A DNA stretch of 62,716 bases from an uncultured Haloferacaceae archaeon (GTDB taxonomy: Archaea > Halobacteriota > Halobacteria > Halobacteriales > Haloferacaceae): positions 1 through 62,716 of the forward strand of contig CAZOOU010000001.1 of NCBI GenBank assembly GCA_964581495.1, in the 5' to 3' direction. Positions 1-9,737 of this stretch are shown one piece after another. The notes under the pieces were generated by a model. That model was not told the DNA's origin. It saw nothing but the letters and a program-made list of their open reading frames with translations, and ran no database searches. How positions within the stretch are numbered: the stretch's first letter is position 1; each line of letters begins with the position of its first letter. A program made the position numbers and the translations under genes.

Positions 1-14
1 TGAATGTCTAGCGT

Positions 15-422
15 ATGAATCACGATCACTCGTTTACCACCGTTGTTCCGGTTCGGTACCGAGATCTCGACCCGCTGGGGCATGTCAACCACGCCGTCCA
101 CGTCAGCTATCTCGAAGCCGCTCGCGTCGACTACTTCGAGCAAATCGTCGGCGTGGATCTCACGGCCGTCGACACCGCTATTGCATCGGTCGACATCTCC
201 TATCGTCGCCCAATCACGCTCGACGGCGAGTTGGTCGTCGCGATGCAGGTCACTGAAATCGGTACAACGAGCCTGACAATCGACTCGGAGCTCACCGTCG
301 ACGGCGAGCCCGTAGCGAGCGCGACGGTGGTGATGGTCAACTATGACCGCAAGCAGGGCCAGGCGATCCGTATCCCAGACGATTGGCGGCGTGCCATCGA
401 GACGTTCGAAGCCCTCGGGTGA
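15..422 (+). CDS. acyl-CoA thioesterase, 4HBT/YbgC hot-dog family
   Basis: VRYRDLDPLGHVNHAVHVSYLEAAR motif typical of 4HBT-like thioesterases; 135 aa. Confidence 0.88.
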   Translation: MNHDHSFTTVVPVRYRDLDPLGHVNHAVHVSYLEAARVDYFEQIVGVDLTAVDTAIASVDISYRRPITLDGELVVAMQVTEIGTTSLTIDSELTVDGEPVASATVVMVNYDRKQGQAIRIPDDWRRAIETFEALG

Positions 423-467
423 GCCACCGGTACCAAACTACTTGCTGGCGGCGACCAAAGGGCGAGT

Positions 468-503
468 ATGTCCATCCATCCCAGCGGAGTGAACCACCGA
501 TGA
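468..503 (+). CDS. putative 11-aa leader ORF (MSIHPSGVNHR) coupled to the adenosyltransferase
   Basis: ATG at 468 lies about 25 nt after an AT-rich CTACTT box; its TGA overlaps ATG500 (ATGA). Confidence 0.4.
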   Translation: MSIHPSGVNHR

Positions 504-1033
504 CGATCTACACCGGTCGCGGCGACGAAGGAAAAACCGACCTGCGGGATCTCTCGCGGGTCTCGAAAACCAACCCCCGAATCGAGGCGTACGGCGTCGT
601 CGACGAGGCCAACTCGGTGATCGGCACCGCGCGCCCAAGCGGCTACGACGATGTCGACGACTGGCTCCAGTCGATTCAGAACCACCTCCATATCATCCAG
701 GCGGAGTTCTCGACACCTGATCCCGGCGAGGATGACCCCGAAATCCGCCAAGAGCACATCGACCAGCTCGAATCCTGGATCGATACCGCCGACGAAGAGC
801 TCGAACCGCTCACATCGTTTATTTTGCCGGGCGGCGGCGAGTGTGGGGCCGCACTCCACAACGCACGGGCGGTGACCCGGCGGGCCGAACGGAGGGCTGT
901 CACCCTTGCCCAACAGGAGTCGATCAACGCCGATGCGGTGGCGTATCTCAACCGCCTGTCGGACGGGCTGTTTACGTTCGCGCGGCTGGTCAACGCCCGT
1001 GATGGCGTTCCCGAAGAATCACCAACCTACTGA
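500..1033 (+). CDS. cob(I)alamin adenosyltransferase, PduO type
   Basis: N-terminal IYTGRGDEGKT, IEAYGVVDEANS, FILPGG, RRAERR and YLNRLSD motifs; start placed at ATG500. Confidence 0.93.
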   Translation: MTIYTGRGDEGKTDLRDLSRVSKTNPRIEAYGVVDEANSVIGTARPSGYDDVDDWLQSIQNHLHIIQAEFSTPDPGEDDPEIRQEHIDQLESWIDTADEELEPLTSFILPGGGECGAALHNARAVTRRAERRAVTLAQQESINADAVAYLNRLSDGLFTFARLVNARDGVPEESPTY

Positions 1034-1132
1034 GTAGACAGTCTACAATCGCCCGACGATAGTGGGTTTACAGTCGACAAAGAACGGACAGTCAGCACAA
1101 AGATTATATCTGTTGGCTTCCATTGGTCAGAT

Positions 1133-1378
1133 ATGAACAAACACTTCAGTGACGCACGGTACTACCTCGGTCGAGCCGCAACGCACCTCAAAATCGGGCT
1201 GAGCGAGGAGCTCCAGCCGGTCGCCCGGCGCGTGCGGGCGAAACTCGGCAACGAAGTCGAGGAAACCCCCGAACCCGAGACGCGCGCCGCTCGCGTTCGT
1301 GTTGCTGCAAAACGGTCGACCCGCCGCGTGAAGCAGGCTGTCGGCCGCCGTCGTACGCCCGACGAACAGACGGCCTGA
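1133..1378 (+). CDS. small conserved haloarchaeal hypothetical protein
   Basis: MNKHFSDARYYL N-terminus recognised from haloarchaea; TTATAT box about 25 nt upstream (leaderless). Confidence 0.75.
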   Translation: MNKHFSDARYYLGRAATHLKIGLSEELQPVARRVRAKLGNEVEETPEPETRAARVRVAAKRSTRRVKQAVGRRRTPDEQTA

Positions 1379-1432
1379 TCGGGCAGTTCCGCGATTTTTT
1401 GTGACGCAGATCGGCGAGCCGTAGCTGGGTGG

Positions 1433-1449
1433 GAAAGAAGGGTTTAAGT
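1433..1449 (+). promoter_or_regulatory. BRE/TATA promoter of tRNA-Val
   Basis: GAAAGAAGGGTTTAAG, with TTTAAG at 1443-1448 about 28 nt before the tRNA. Confidence 0.7.
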
Positions 1450-1475
1450 CCAGTCGACAGGTAGGAATCGGTAGC

Positions 1476-1550
1476 GGGTTGGTGGTCTAGCCAGGTTATG
1501 ACGGCTCCTTCACACGGAGCAGGTCGGCAGTTCGAATCTGCCCCAACCCA
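1476..1550 (+). tRNA. tRNA-Val(CAC)
   Basis: acceptor stem GGGTTGG/CCAACCC; anticodon arm GCTCC-TTCACAC-GGAGC; T-loop GTTCGAATC; CCA not encoded. Confidence 0.96.
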
Positions 1551-1854
1551 TCAATATTCCTATAACAACTGAATGACTGCGTAGCCCCGACTCAGCCACT
1601 CTATCGGTAGAATTACTATTATTTACCCAGAAGTGGGCGGGACATTCCAACAGTAATGCTGTTGGTAAGGACGCCGTGCCACGATTTTAGACCAAGGAAC
1701 AATCTATTGCCTCATAAAATTATCTCTAAACTGTCTTCTGAGCTCTACAGCGAGTCTGTGGCAACGATCAACGATTTGCCCCCTATCGATGCTAAACCGT
1801 CGACATGAGTCGATCCATCATTGCGCGCGACGTCGCCGACTCTGCCGTCACCCG

Positions 1855-2094
1855 TTCAGTGTAGAGCCTGACGTCGTCGACAGACTCCGTACCAAAGACC
1901 AGATGATCAGTGTGTACGAGACGACAGGCGACTACGACATCATCGCAATCGGCAAATTCGAAGATACAGACGGCATGAACGCGCAGATCAAGGAGCTGTT
2001 GTCTGATGTCGACATTCGGGAGTCCAACACCAGTGTTGTACTGAACGCCGTCAAAGAACACACCCAGTTTGATCTCGACGTCGACGACGAATAG
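1855..2094 (+). pseudogene. Lrp/AsnC regulator C-terminal (RAM) fragment lacking the HTH
   Basis: [33 protein letters not shown]...SNTSVVLN matches the haloarchaeal Lrp C-terminus; the upstream frame is not Lrp-like. Confidence 0.75.
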
Positions 2095-2154
2095 TTGCCA
2101 GCACAACTGAAACACGACAACAAAGAATAACGCTGATTGAACAGCGAACACCAA

Positions 2155-3639
2155 TTAGTTCGCTTGCCTAACCCGGATCTCTGGGAAATAGCGACCGTGG
2201 AAATCGAACGGAGTTGCATGTGGTAACGTGATCCGAGCCCGCTCCGCCAATTCCTCTGTACCAAGAACGAGTAGTCGTGACCGCTCAGCGTCGACATCCA
2301 AAGCGACTGTGAGTACGACGCCGGCTTCAGCTGGCCCGTTCGGCCGTGGAACAACTATCGGCTCACCAAAGTAGTCGCCACCGCTGTTGTATTCTACAAC
2401 CTCGTCAGTCTGTGTATCGTATTTCAGGATCCCAGTTGCCCATTCGGTTGCCGGCTGATCCAGGCTCATCGAATACACGTACCGGTGAGACCGACACCAC
2501 TGCGCCGGTGAGACAGTTGGCAACGCAGTTCCGTCGTCATACAACATCTCTCGGCTTACAGTTGCAGCCGTTGTATCATACCGGGCAGTTCCGGTAGTGT
2601 CACCGAGATTGACTCGAAACCGTTCGAGACGCCCTGCGATAGCCTCAAGATTCCCTTCTCGAAGCCGATCTAACGAGAGTTCCGTGATTGCTGTTGTGTC
2701 GGGGATTGTTTCGAGGTCGAACACGATCTCTGAACCACCATCGCGCTCAAACGCATTCACGTGGTGAAAGCCGAATACGGCATCCGTCACCGGTTCTGCA
2801 ATCGTTTCGCCAGTCGTGCGATCAACAACGATGATTCGTGTCCCGCGATCCGGTTGCCATTCAAACTGCTCGATGAATGGACCTTGCCGTCCTGGTTTGA
2901 AAAAGCGCAGCGGGTTTACGCGAAACGGGAACTCTGTGAGTACGACATAGCGTGGTGTCAACGCAAAACTGTGCATATACGCCGGCGCATCTGTTTCGAC
3001 GCTGGCGATATGTCGACGTTCGCTATCACCACGTATCGTGTGAATGTGATACGTGCTGGTTCGGCCGAACTCGGTCTCGATATTGAATAGGGCTCCCGTC
3101 GCAGGATCTCGTTTGAGATGCGCACAGGCGAGTTGCCCGGCGGGTTGGGAGCCATCGTACTGGACCTCTCCCGTGACGCTGAGCGTGGTTGGATCAATTT
3201 CGACAGCTCGAGGTGACTCTGTCAACGCCAAGTACCGACCATTGACTCGTTCGACGATAATATTGGTATTGTCGTAGGGTGCAGTGAACAGTCCCTTGAG
3301 CCGCTCTCGGAGCGTCGTCTCGCCGGTGGCGAAGCCGCCGTTGAACTCCCCGGCTTGTGCTGCCTCGTAGGCATCAGTTTCGAGAAAGCGGTTCTGATAG
3401 TGAACGGCGTCGTCGGTACCGATTGCGGCATCTGCGTTGTTTCCAGGATCGAACGTGAACCGATAACACATTGCCAACCCATCGAACCAGTGGTCGACGC
3501 TGTTTCCTTCGCCATTCGAAAACGTCCCTGGACCGTTCCGGATGAGAGTTCCAGTGAGCCACCGAGGTAGAGAGCCATCGACAGCGAGTGACCGCTGTTG
3601 CTCATCATGAAGCGAATGAAACCCCAGGGCAGACACCAT
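2155..3639 (-). CDS. carotenoid cleavage oxygenase family protein (RPE65/CCD superfamily)
   Basis: GTLIRNGPG, HWFDG, NTNI, and four Fe-ligand His motifs (CAHLK, YMHSF, FHHVNAF, DFHG), plus GEP. Confidence 0.93.
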   Translation of the reverse strand: MVSALGFHSLHDEQQRSLAVDGSLPRWLTGTLIRNGPGTFSNGEGNSVDHWFDGLAMCYRFTFDPGNNADAAIGTDDAVHYQNRFLETDAYEAAQAGEFNGGFATGETTLRERLKGLFTAPYDNTNIIVERVNGRYLALTESPRAVEIDPTTLSVTGEVQYDGSQPAGQLACAHLKRDPATGALFNIETEFGRTSTYHIHTIRGDSERRHIASVETDAPAYMHSFALTPRYVVLTEFPFRVNPLRFFKPGRQGPFIEQFEWQPDRGTRIIVVDRTTGETIAEPVTDAVFGFHHVNAFERDGGSEIVFDLETIPDTTAITELSLDRLREGNLEAIAGRLERFRVNLGDTTGTARYDTTAATVSREMLYDDGTALPTVSPAQWCRSHRYVYSMSLDQPATEWATGILKYDTQTDEVVEYNSGGDYFGEPIVVPRPNGPAEAGVVLTVALDVDAERSRLLVLGTEELAERARITLPHATPFDFHGRYFPEIRVRQAN

Positions 3640-4407
3640 ATGTTATATGAGTGGAATTAGCGGATAAATGGTTCGTCGTGCCGGGAAAATAGCAGAACAG
3701 CCTGTCGGAATCGTATCCCGCAAACCGGTTATGAATTGGTTCCACTGTCGTGAAGAACAGCTTCCAAAGCGTTCAGATGGAAGGCGATAGCTTCGTTTGT
3801 ATCAAGGGGTGGGTAGTGAGGATTCGTCACCACTCCTGTGGAGTCGACGGCACTCGCGGCGATAGCGGCGGCCCGATGAACCGGGCGAATTGTTGGGTAC
3901 GTTCTAATATCGGTGTACCCGTTCGTGAACGCTTTGTGAAGCGGCTCGGGTCATCAAGGTACCAATCAGACATCAAGTATTGTGATTTTGCAACTGCGAG
4001 GGCTGGTGGGGCTGCAAGGGGTGCTTCCCAATCAACCACGGGGTCACTGATCCGTCGACGATCAGTGCGTTGCCGGGCCGGAAGTCCCACGGGAACAACC
4101 GACTTTCAGTATTCGAATCAACTGAGGCATCATTGAACAGGGTAGCCAACTCGTTTCGAATCGGGTTGAACGCAGCAGGGAGTCTGAACGCCAGCTACGG
4201 AGATTGGTGACTAGAAACTATCCCTGATCAGTTGTTCTGGTTCTGATATACAGGTTCCGAATGTCGGATAACCGACGTTTGCTGTATCGACCGGCGCTAA
4301 CTATCATGGATAATATAGCTAATATAACGCTAGCCCCTGTCATCGCGTGTGGGGGTATTGGTATGCCCCGTTTGCCTATCCGTCAATAGGGACTACAGAG
4401 AGATACA

Positions 4408-4455
4408 ATGTCTGAAATGGGGACGACAATAGTTTGGGCAGAGGGGGACAAATAA
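4408..4455 (+). CDS. putative 15-aa leader ORF (MSEMGTTIVWAEGDK)
   Basis: TAA overlaps ATG4455 (TAATG); GAGGGGG SD-like tract near its end. Confidence 0.35.
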   Translation: MSEMGTTIVWAEGDK

Positions 4456-4760
4456 TGGCGTGGCAAGAGATGATATTCCTGACGGGCAGTCTGCTGTCAG
4501 TCGGATTTTTGATCCCGACGATTCGTAACGCGGGGGCGTGTGTCCCATGGGCGACAAGCGTTCCATCAGTGGTGATCGGGTTCGTCTACGCGCTTACGTT
4601 TCTGAGTCTGGGGATGAATTTCTCGGCGTTCGGATCGATAGCCGCTGGCGCGATGTGGTCGCTGATCGTCTACTTCCGAGGGCCAGAGAGCAGTAGTCTC
4701 GACCGCTCTGTACTCCCCGACAGCATTAGCGAACACAACGCGTTCGATACACCGGAGTAG
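4455..4760 (+). CDS. small 3-TM membrane protein
   Basis: three hydrophobic segments and an acidic tail; ATG at 4455. Confidence 0.72.
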   Translation: MAWQEMIFLTGSLLSVGFLIPTIRNAGACVPWATSVPSVVIGFVYALTFLSLGMNFSAFGSIAAGAMWSLIVYFRGPESSSLDRSVLPDSISEHNAFDTPE

Positions 4761-4891
4761 CCAGAATCGAGTCTCTCGGGGGAGGGACTCTGGCTGCTGT
4801 CTGCGGTCGATATCTGCTGGACGAACGGTTTTCAGAAATATTCTTTTTAAGTGGATAAAAATACAAACCCGTTGATGGCGGACAGCCTGCA

Positions 4892-6970
4892 ATGGGTTTC
4901 TTTCAGTTAGATTCTACACAGGTATTCGAAGCGCTCCCGGTCGGAATCGTCGTTCTGTCGACGGATGGAACCATCCATCACGCGAACCCTTTTATCGAGC
5001 GACTGTTCGGCTACTCGCTGGCGGAGATCGTCGGCAATCCGTTCTCCATGCTGTTTGGGACTGACGAGGACGTGCCGCCGCGGACCGATATCGTCGACGC
5101 GCTCGACGCGGTCGCCGAACGCGGCGGCCGCTCCGAATTTCAGGTGACTGGATGCCACCGTGACGGCACTGAGTCAGTGCGTCAGCTCGTGATCAAGCAC
5201 TGCGAACTAGATGGCGAGCGGTATCTACTCGCAGTTATTGCGGCACCAGCCGACGGGAACCGTTATGCGAACACCCTCGCCAAGATGAGCGAACGCCTTC
5301 AGGAGCTGGCAACGGCTGAGTCTCCAAGTGAGATTTATACGCACACTGTGGAGACGGCCCGCGCGCTGTTCGACCACTCAATAGCGGTGGTCGAATCGTA
5401 CGACGAGGACGCTGGTCGGCTCGAACCGGCCGCATGGACACCGGAAGCCGAGGCGCTGACGAACGGCCCACAGTTGTTCAGTACGGAGTGGTCGTTTCCG
5501 TGGCGGATATTCTCTCGACAGCAGGGCGAACTCGTCTCGGACGTGTCGGCGTACGACCGGATCGATAGCGACGAAACGTCGCTTCGAAGCGCACTGTTGC
5601 TCCCGATAGGCTCATACGGCGTGTTCATTGTTGGCGCGACAGAACCAGACCAGTTCACTGAAACGGATTTCGACATCCTGATGATTCTTATCGCAGCGAC
5701 CTATACAGCCAGAGAGAATGTCGACCGCGAACGGACGGTCCAACAGAAACAGATGCAGTTGGACCAGCAGTCGGCGTCGCTGGATCGGCTTCGTCGACTG
5801 AGTGAACTCACACGTGACCTCACGAGCGGGCTGACCGAAGCAGAGAGCCGAGCGGAGATCTTTCGGACCGTCTGCGAGCGGCTCGTCACGTACCCTCCGT
5901 ATCAGTTTGCGTGGTTCGGAGCCCGTGATTCGACCGGGAAGGTGGTTCCGGAAGCTGCCGTCGGGAGCGATGGTTCGTCACCAAATACGTTCGAACAGCC
6001 GTATATTGACGCGCCGGCCGACCACGGGACAGTAAGTCGCGTCCTCCGCGAACGGACGCCACAGGTCGACAACGCGCTCCACCGGAATCCCCCGTTCGAA
6101 CCGTGGCGCGAAGCCGCGATTCAGCACGGCTATCGCGCCTATATCTCGATCCCGGTTATCTATCAGGGGACGCTGTACGGGATCGTCTCCGTGTTCGCAT
6201 CGGAAGCCGACACGTTTGATTCGTTGGAGGTGTCGGTACTCCAGGAACTCGGCGGAATCGTCGGCTACGCGCTGAACGCCGACGAGCGGAGACAGTCATT
6301 CGTGAGCGAACAGTCGACCGAGCTGGAGTTTGTGGTTCACGACTGCTCGGCGTCGTTGTTCGCGCTGGCGACCGACGTTGGCGGTGAGTTCACACTCGAA
6401 AACCTCATCGAGCGTCCCGATGGGAAGACGACCCTGTTTTTCGCCACCAAGGGCTCGAACGCGGCCGAGGTGTTGGCTTGGGCCGACGACCAGTCGTCCG
6501 TGACCGAGATTCGACTGTTGACCGAGCGCGAGGAGGAGTGTTTGTTCGAGTGCGTCCTCGACGAGTCGACTGTCTGGTCGCACCTGCTCCAGCGTGGCGG
6601 GATGGTCCGAGAAGCCACAGCGACGCCGGAGACGACACGGATCGTCATCCGAATCCCACGGACCGCCGACCCCCGGTCCTTCGAGACGGTGCTTCAGGAG
6701 CGCCTCGGAGCAGTCGACTTGGTTGCCCGACGGGAGCACGACGAGCCAATACAGACTGCCGAACAGTTCGAAACAGAGTATACCAATCAGTTGACCGAGC
6801 GACAAAGAGAGGTGTTACAGACAGCCTACTACGCCGGGTTTTTCGAATGGCCACGGGAGACGAACGCCGGAGAGTTGGCGGATATCCTCGGGATTGCACA
6901 ACCAACAGTGAGCCGCCATCTCCGGACAACTGAACGGGAACTGTTCTCTATGGTGTACGATGATCGGTAA
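4892..6970 (+). CDS. PAS-GAF-GAF-BAT-HTH10 transcriptional activator (bacterio-opsin activator family)
   Basis: N-terminal PAS (ANPFIERLFGYS), GAF segments, C-terminal LTERQREVLQTAYYAGFFEWPRE HTH-10. Confidence 0.92.
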   Translation: MGFFQLDSTQVFEALPVGIVVLSTDGTIHHANPFIERLFGYSLAEIVGNPFSMLFGTDEDVPPRTDIVDALDAVAERGGRSEFQVTGCHRDGTESVRQLVIKHCELDGERYLLAVIAAPADGNRYANTLAKMSERLQELATAESPSEIYTHTVETARALFDHSIAVVESYDEDAGRLEPAAWTPEAEALTNGPQLFSTEWSFPWRIFSRQQGELVSDVSAYDRIDSDETSLRSALLLPIGSYGVFIVGATEPDQFTETDFDILMILIAATYTARENVDRERTVQQKQMQLDQQSASLDRLRRLSELTRDLTSGLTEAESRAEIFRTVCERLVTYPPYQFAWFGARDSTGKVVPEAAVGSDGSSPNTFEQPYIDAPADHGTVSRVLRERTPQVDNALHRNPPFEPWREAAIQHGYRAYISIPVIYQGTLYGIVSVFASEADTFDSLEVSVLQELGGIVGYALNADERRQSFVSEQSTELEFVVHDCSASLFALATDVGGEFTLENLIERPDGKTTLFFATKGSNAAEVLAWADDQSSVTEIRLLTEREEECLFECVLDESTVWSHLLQRGGMVREATATPETTRIVIRIPRTADPRSFETVLQERLGAVDLVARREHDEPIQTAEQFETEYTNQLTERQREVLQTAYYAGFFEWPRETNAGELADILGIAQPTVSRHLRTTERELFSMVYDDR

Positions 6971-7124
6971 GATGGAGTCGTAGATGTTTCACCGGTACTG
7001 GCCACATCTCAGTCAGATCTCATCAATTTATGATCATTTCAACTGAGCCAAACACAATTATATTGGGTCTCAGTCAACCACGCTGACGACACATCCAAAC
7101 CAGTACCACCCATCTACCCAGCAT

Positions 7125-8150
7125 ATGCCGCAGACGGGAAAGATTCACCGCGAGTTCTTCCGCACACAGATAGCACCACACCTCGGTGCCGACCGCTCGG
7201 ATGTTCAACTTGGCCCCAAACATGGCGTCGACTTCGGCGTGATCGACATTGACGGGACTGCGCTCGCCGTTGCCACAGACCCGGTCTCAATTCTTCCCGA
7301 CCTCGGCTTCGAGCGCGCCGGTCGGTTCGCGGTCCGAATCGTTCTCTCCGATGTCGCGGTCTCCGGACTTTCGCCGTCACACCTCGCGATCAGTTTCTCG
7401 CTTCCACCCGAACTCTCCGACAGCGACTTTGCAACACTCTGGGACGCCATCCACAACGAGTGTGACTCACTCGGTGTCGACATCGTCACCGGCCACACTG
7501 CCCGATACGCAGGCTGTTCGTTCCCGTGGGTCGGCGCGGCAACCGCACTCGCAGTCGGCGACCACGACGACCTCATCCGCCCCGACGGCGCATCCCCGGG
7601 CGACGACCTCGTGTTGACCACCGGCCCTGCTGTCGAGTCCGCCGCATTGTTCGCTTCGCTATTTCCAAAACAGATTGACTGTGATCCGGCACTCCTCAAT
7701 CGCGTTGCGGCGCGTCTCGATGAGCTTGATGGAGTCCGTGACGCACGCACCGCAGCTGACGCTGGCGAGGTAACTGCGATACACGACGTGACCGAGGGCG
7801 GACTACTCGGCGCGCTTCACGAGATGGCCACCGGAGCGGGTGTGCAGTTTTCCGTCGACTCCAATCGTGTGCCAATCGATCCGGATGTACGTACTCTGTG
7901 TCAGACGCTTGGTATGGACCCCTGGACGGCAACGAGCTCCGGTACGCTCGTACTCGCGGTCGACCCCCATTCGACCGGGGATGTCGTGAACGCACTCAAG
8001 GAGCGTGGAACTACGGCAACAGTAATCGGCACCGTCGCAAAGGGATCAGGTGTCCAACGCGATGAGGAGTCGACCGAACCGCCGGCGGGAGACGCCTCGT
8101 GGCCAGTGTATGAGGCCCTGATCGAAGCGGCTGACTCGGTCGACGAGTAG
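7125..8150 (+). CDS. AIR-synthase-related protein (PurM/HypE/ThiL superfamily)
   Basis: GPKHGVDFGV, ATDP, SDVAVSG, VTGHT, HDVTEGGL motifs. Confidence 0.88.
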   Translation: MPQTGKIHREFFRTQIAPHLGADRSDVQLGPKHGVDFGVIDIDGTALAVATDPVSILPDLGFERAGRFAVRIVLSDVAVSGLSPSHLAISFSLPPELSDSDFATLWDAIHNECDSLGVDIVTGHTARYAGCSFPWVGAATALAVGDHDDLIRPDGASPGDDLVLTTGPAVESAALFASLFPKQIDCDPALLNRVAARLDELDGVRDARTAADAGEVTAIHDVTEGGLLGALHEMATGAGVQFSVDSNRVPIDPDVRTLCQTLGMDPWTATSSGTLVLAVDPHSTGDVVNALKERGTTATVIGTVAKGSGVQRDEESTEPPAGDASWPVYEALIEAADSVDE

Positions 8151-8203
8151 CCGGCTGTACCCAACGACAGTTCTTTTTGACCGGGCTGTGATACCACTCG
8201 TGA

Positions 8204-9154
8204 ATGTCTGCGATAGATCTCGCACTCGATTGGACACCGAACACGAACCACACTGGCTTCTACGTTGCCCAAGCGAAGGGCTACTACGACGACAGCGGGG
8301 TCGACGTGGCGATCCACTCACCGGGCGATGATGACTACGAAACCACGCCTGCCAAGCAGGTCGCCACCGGTGAGGCAACAGTCGCAATCGCTCCCTCCGA
8401 AAGCGCGATTAGCTACCACACCCATCCCGACTACGACTCACTAACCGCCATCGCCGCGGTCTGTCAGACCGATATGAGTGCAATCGTAACACTCGAAGAC
8501 AGTGGCCTCGACCGCCCAGCCGATCTCGACGGTCAGACCTATGCGTCCTATGACGCCCGCTTCGAAGATTACATCGTCCGCCAGTTGGTCAAAAACGACG
8601 GCGGCGATGGTGATATCGAGATCACGACGCCACCGAAGCTTGGCATCTGGAACACACTTCTGGATGGCGAGGCTGAGGCAACCTGGGTGTTCATGCCTTG
8701 GGAAGGAGTGATGGCCGAACGCGACGAGATCGGTCTCAATGCCTTTTATCTCGACGAATACGACGTTCCCTACGGCTATACGCCACTACTTCTCTCTCGG
8801 CCAGAAACGATTGAGAACGACGACGGTCTCTCGGACTTCCTCGACGCAACTGCTCGTGGCTACCAGTTTGCCGCCGAGCATCCTGAAAAGGCCGCTGAGA
8901 TACTGCATGAAGAGGCAACCGGTATGGACAACGATGACCCAGAGTTCCTCGCCGAAAGCCAACAGCAGATTGCTGATGCCTATCTCACAGCCGACGGCGA
9001 GTGGGGAACGATGGAGCACAGTCGGTGGGAGTCCTTTGTCGCCTGGTTAGCCGACAACGAGATCCTCACAACAATCGATGGCGAGTCGATTCCAGCTACC
9101 GAACTGGACACCGGCGAACTCTACACGAACACTCTACTTGAGGTCGACCAGTAA
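8204..9154 (+). CDS. NMT1/THI5-like (ThiY-type) pyrimidine-binding protein
   Basis: LDWTPNTNHTGFYVAQAKGYY signature; no signal peptide or lipobox. Confidence 0.88.
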   Translation: MSAIDLALDWTPNTNHTGFYVAQAKGYYDDSGVDVAIHSPGDDDYETTPAKQVATGEATVAIAPSESAISYHTHPDYDSLTAIAAVCQTDMSAIVTLEDSGLDRPADLDGQTYASYDARFEDYIVRQLVKNDGGDGDIEITTPPKLGIWNTLLDGEAEATWVFMPWEGVMAERDEIGLNAFYLDEYDVPYGYTPLLLSRPETIENDDGLSDFLDATARGYQFAAEHPEKAAEILHEEATGMDNDDPEFLAESQQQIADAYLTADGEWGTMEHSRWESFVAWLADNEILTTIDGESIPATELDTGELYTNTLLEVDQ

Positions 9155-9429
9155 TGCCGAGGGCTTGGCTTGCGTGCACGTGACGGGGTTTGCTCTGTGG
9201 AGATCCGATCACGAAATGCAGTTCAGAACGCCTCACGCCGAGTGTCACGGTCAGAAAGCTCTCCTTTTGGCCGCTGGGCTTTCTCTTTCCACTTGCTTGG
9301 TTCTCGACCGGGTTGAGACGAACCGCTGGTGGGGAATCATCAATCCGCCACACCTCAAGGCGGATGGCAAACAGATCGGTGTGCGCTCGGCTATTGGTGT
9401 TTAACCACTGGATCGCACCTGGTGTTCTT

Positions 9430-9575
9430 GAACTCCGGGACGATCCAGACGATGATGTCGGCGTCGACTCGAATCTCAGTGTTCGGGGTGTCGAAGGTGT
9501 TCGAGTAGCCGACGAATCAGTTATACCGAAAATCACGAGTGGGAATACCAATGCGCCTGCAACTGCCATCAGTTG
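9430..9575 (+). pseudogene. GMC (choline dehydrogenase-like) oxidoreductase C-terminal remnant
   Basis: VDSNLSVRGVEGVRVADESVIPKITSGNTNAPATAI resembles the GMC C-terminal VD..LRV.GV.GLRV.DAS..P....GNTNAP; the rest of the gene is absent. Confidence 0.78.
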
Positions 9576-9737
9576 TCAAGATATTCCTCCGAGCGATCAT
9601 AGGTATATTCGCCAACGACTCCTCATCAGTGCACACGAAACGGATCTGGTGTACCAGAGAACCCACAGCACTTCGAACGCAGTTTTCGGGGCGTACTGTC
9701 TCCATCGATGCAGATGTATCATACGGAGGTCAGGTAG

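Noticed and set aside
3750-4136. ORFs in the 3.7-4.3 kb gap
   Set aside because: No recognisable motifs and non-acidic; may be decayed sequence, but I cannot assign it.
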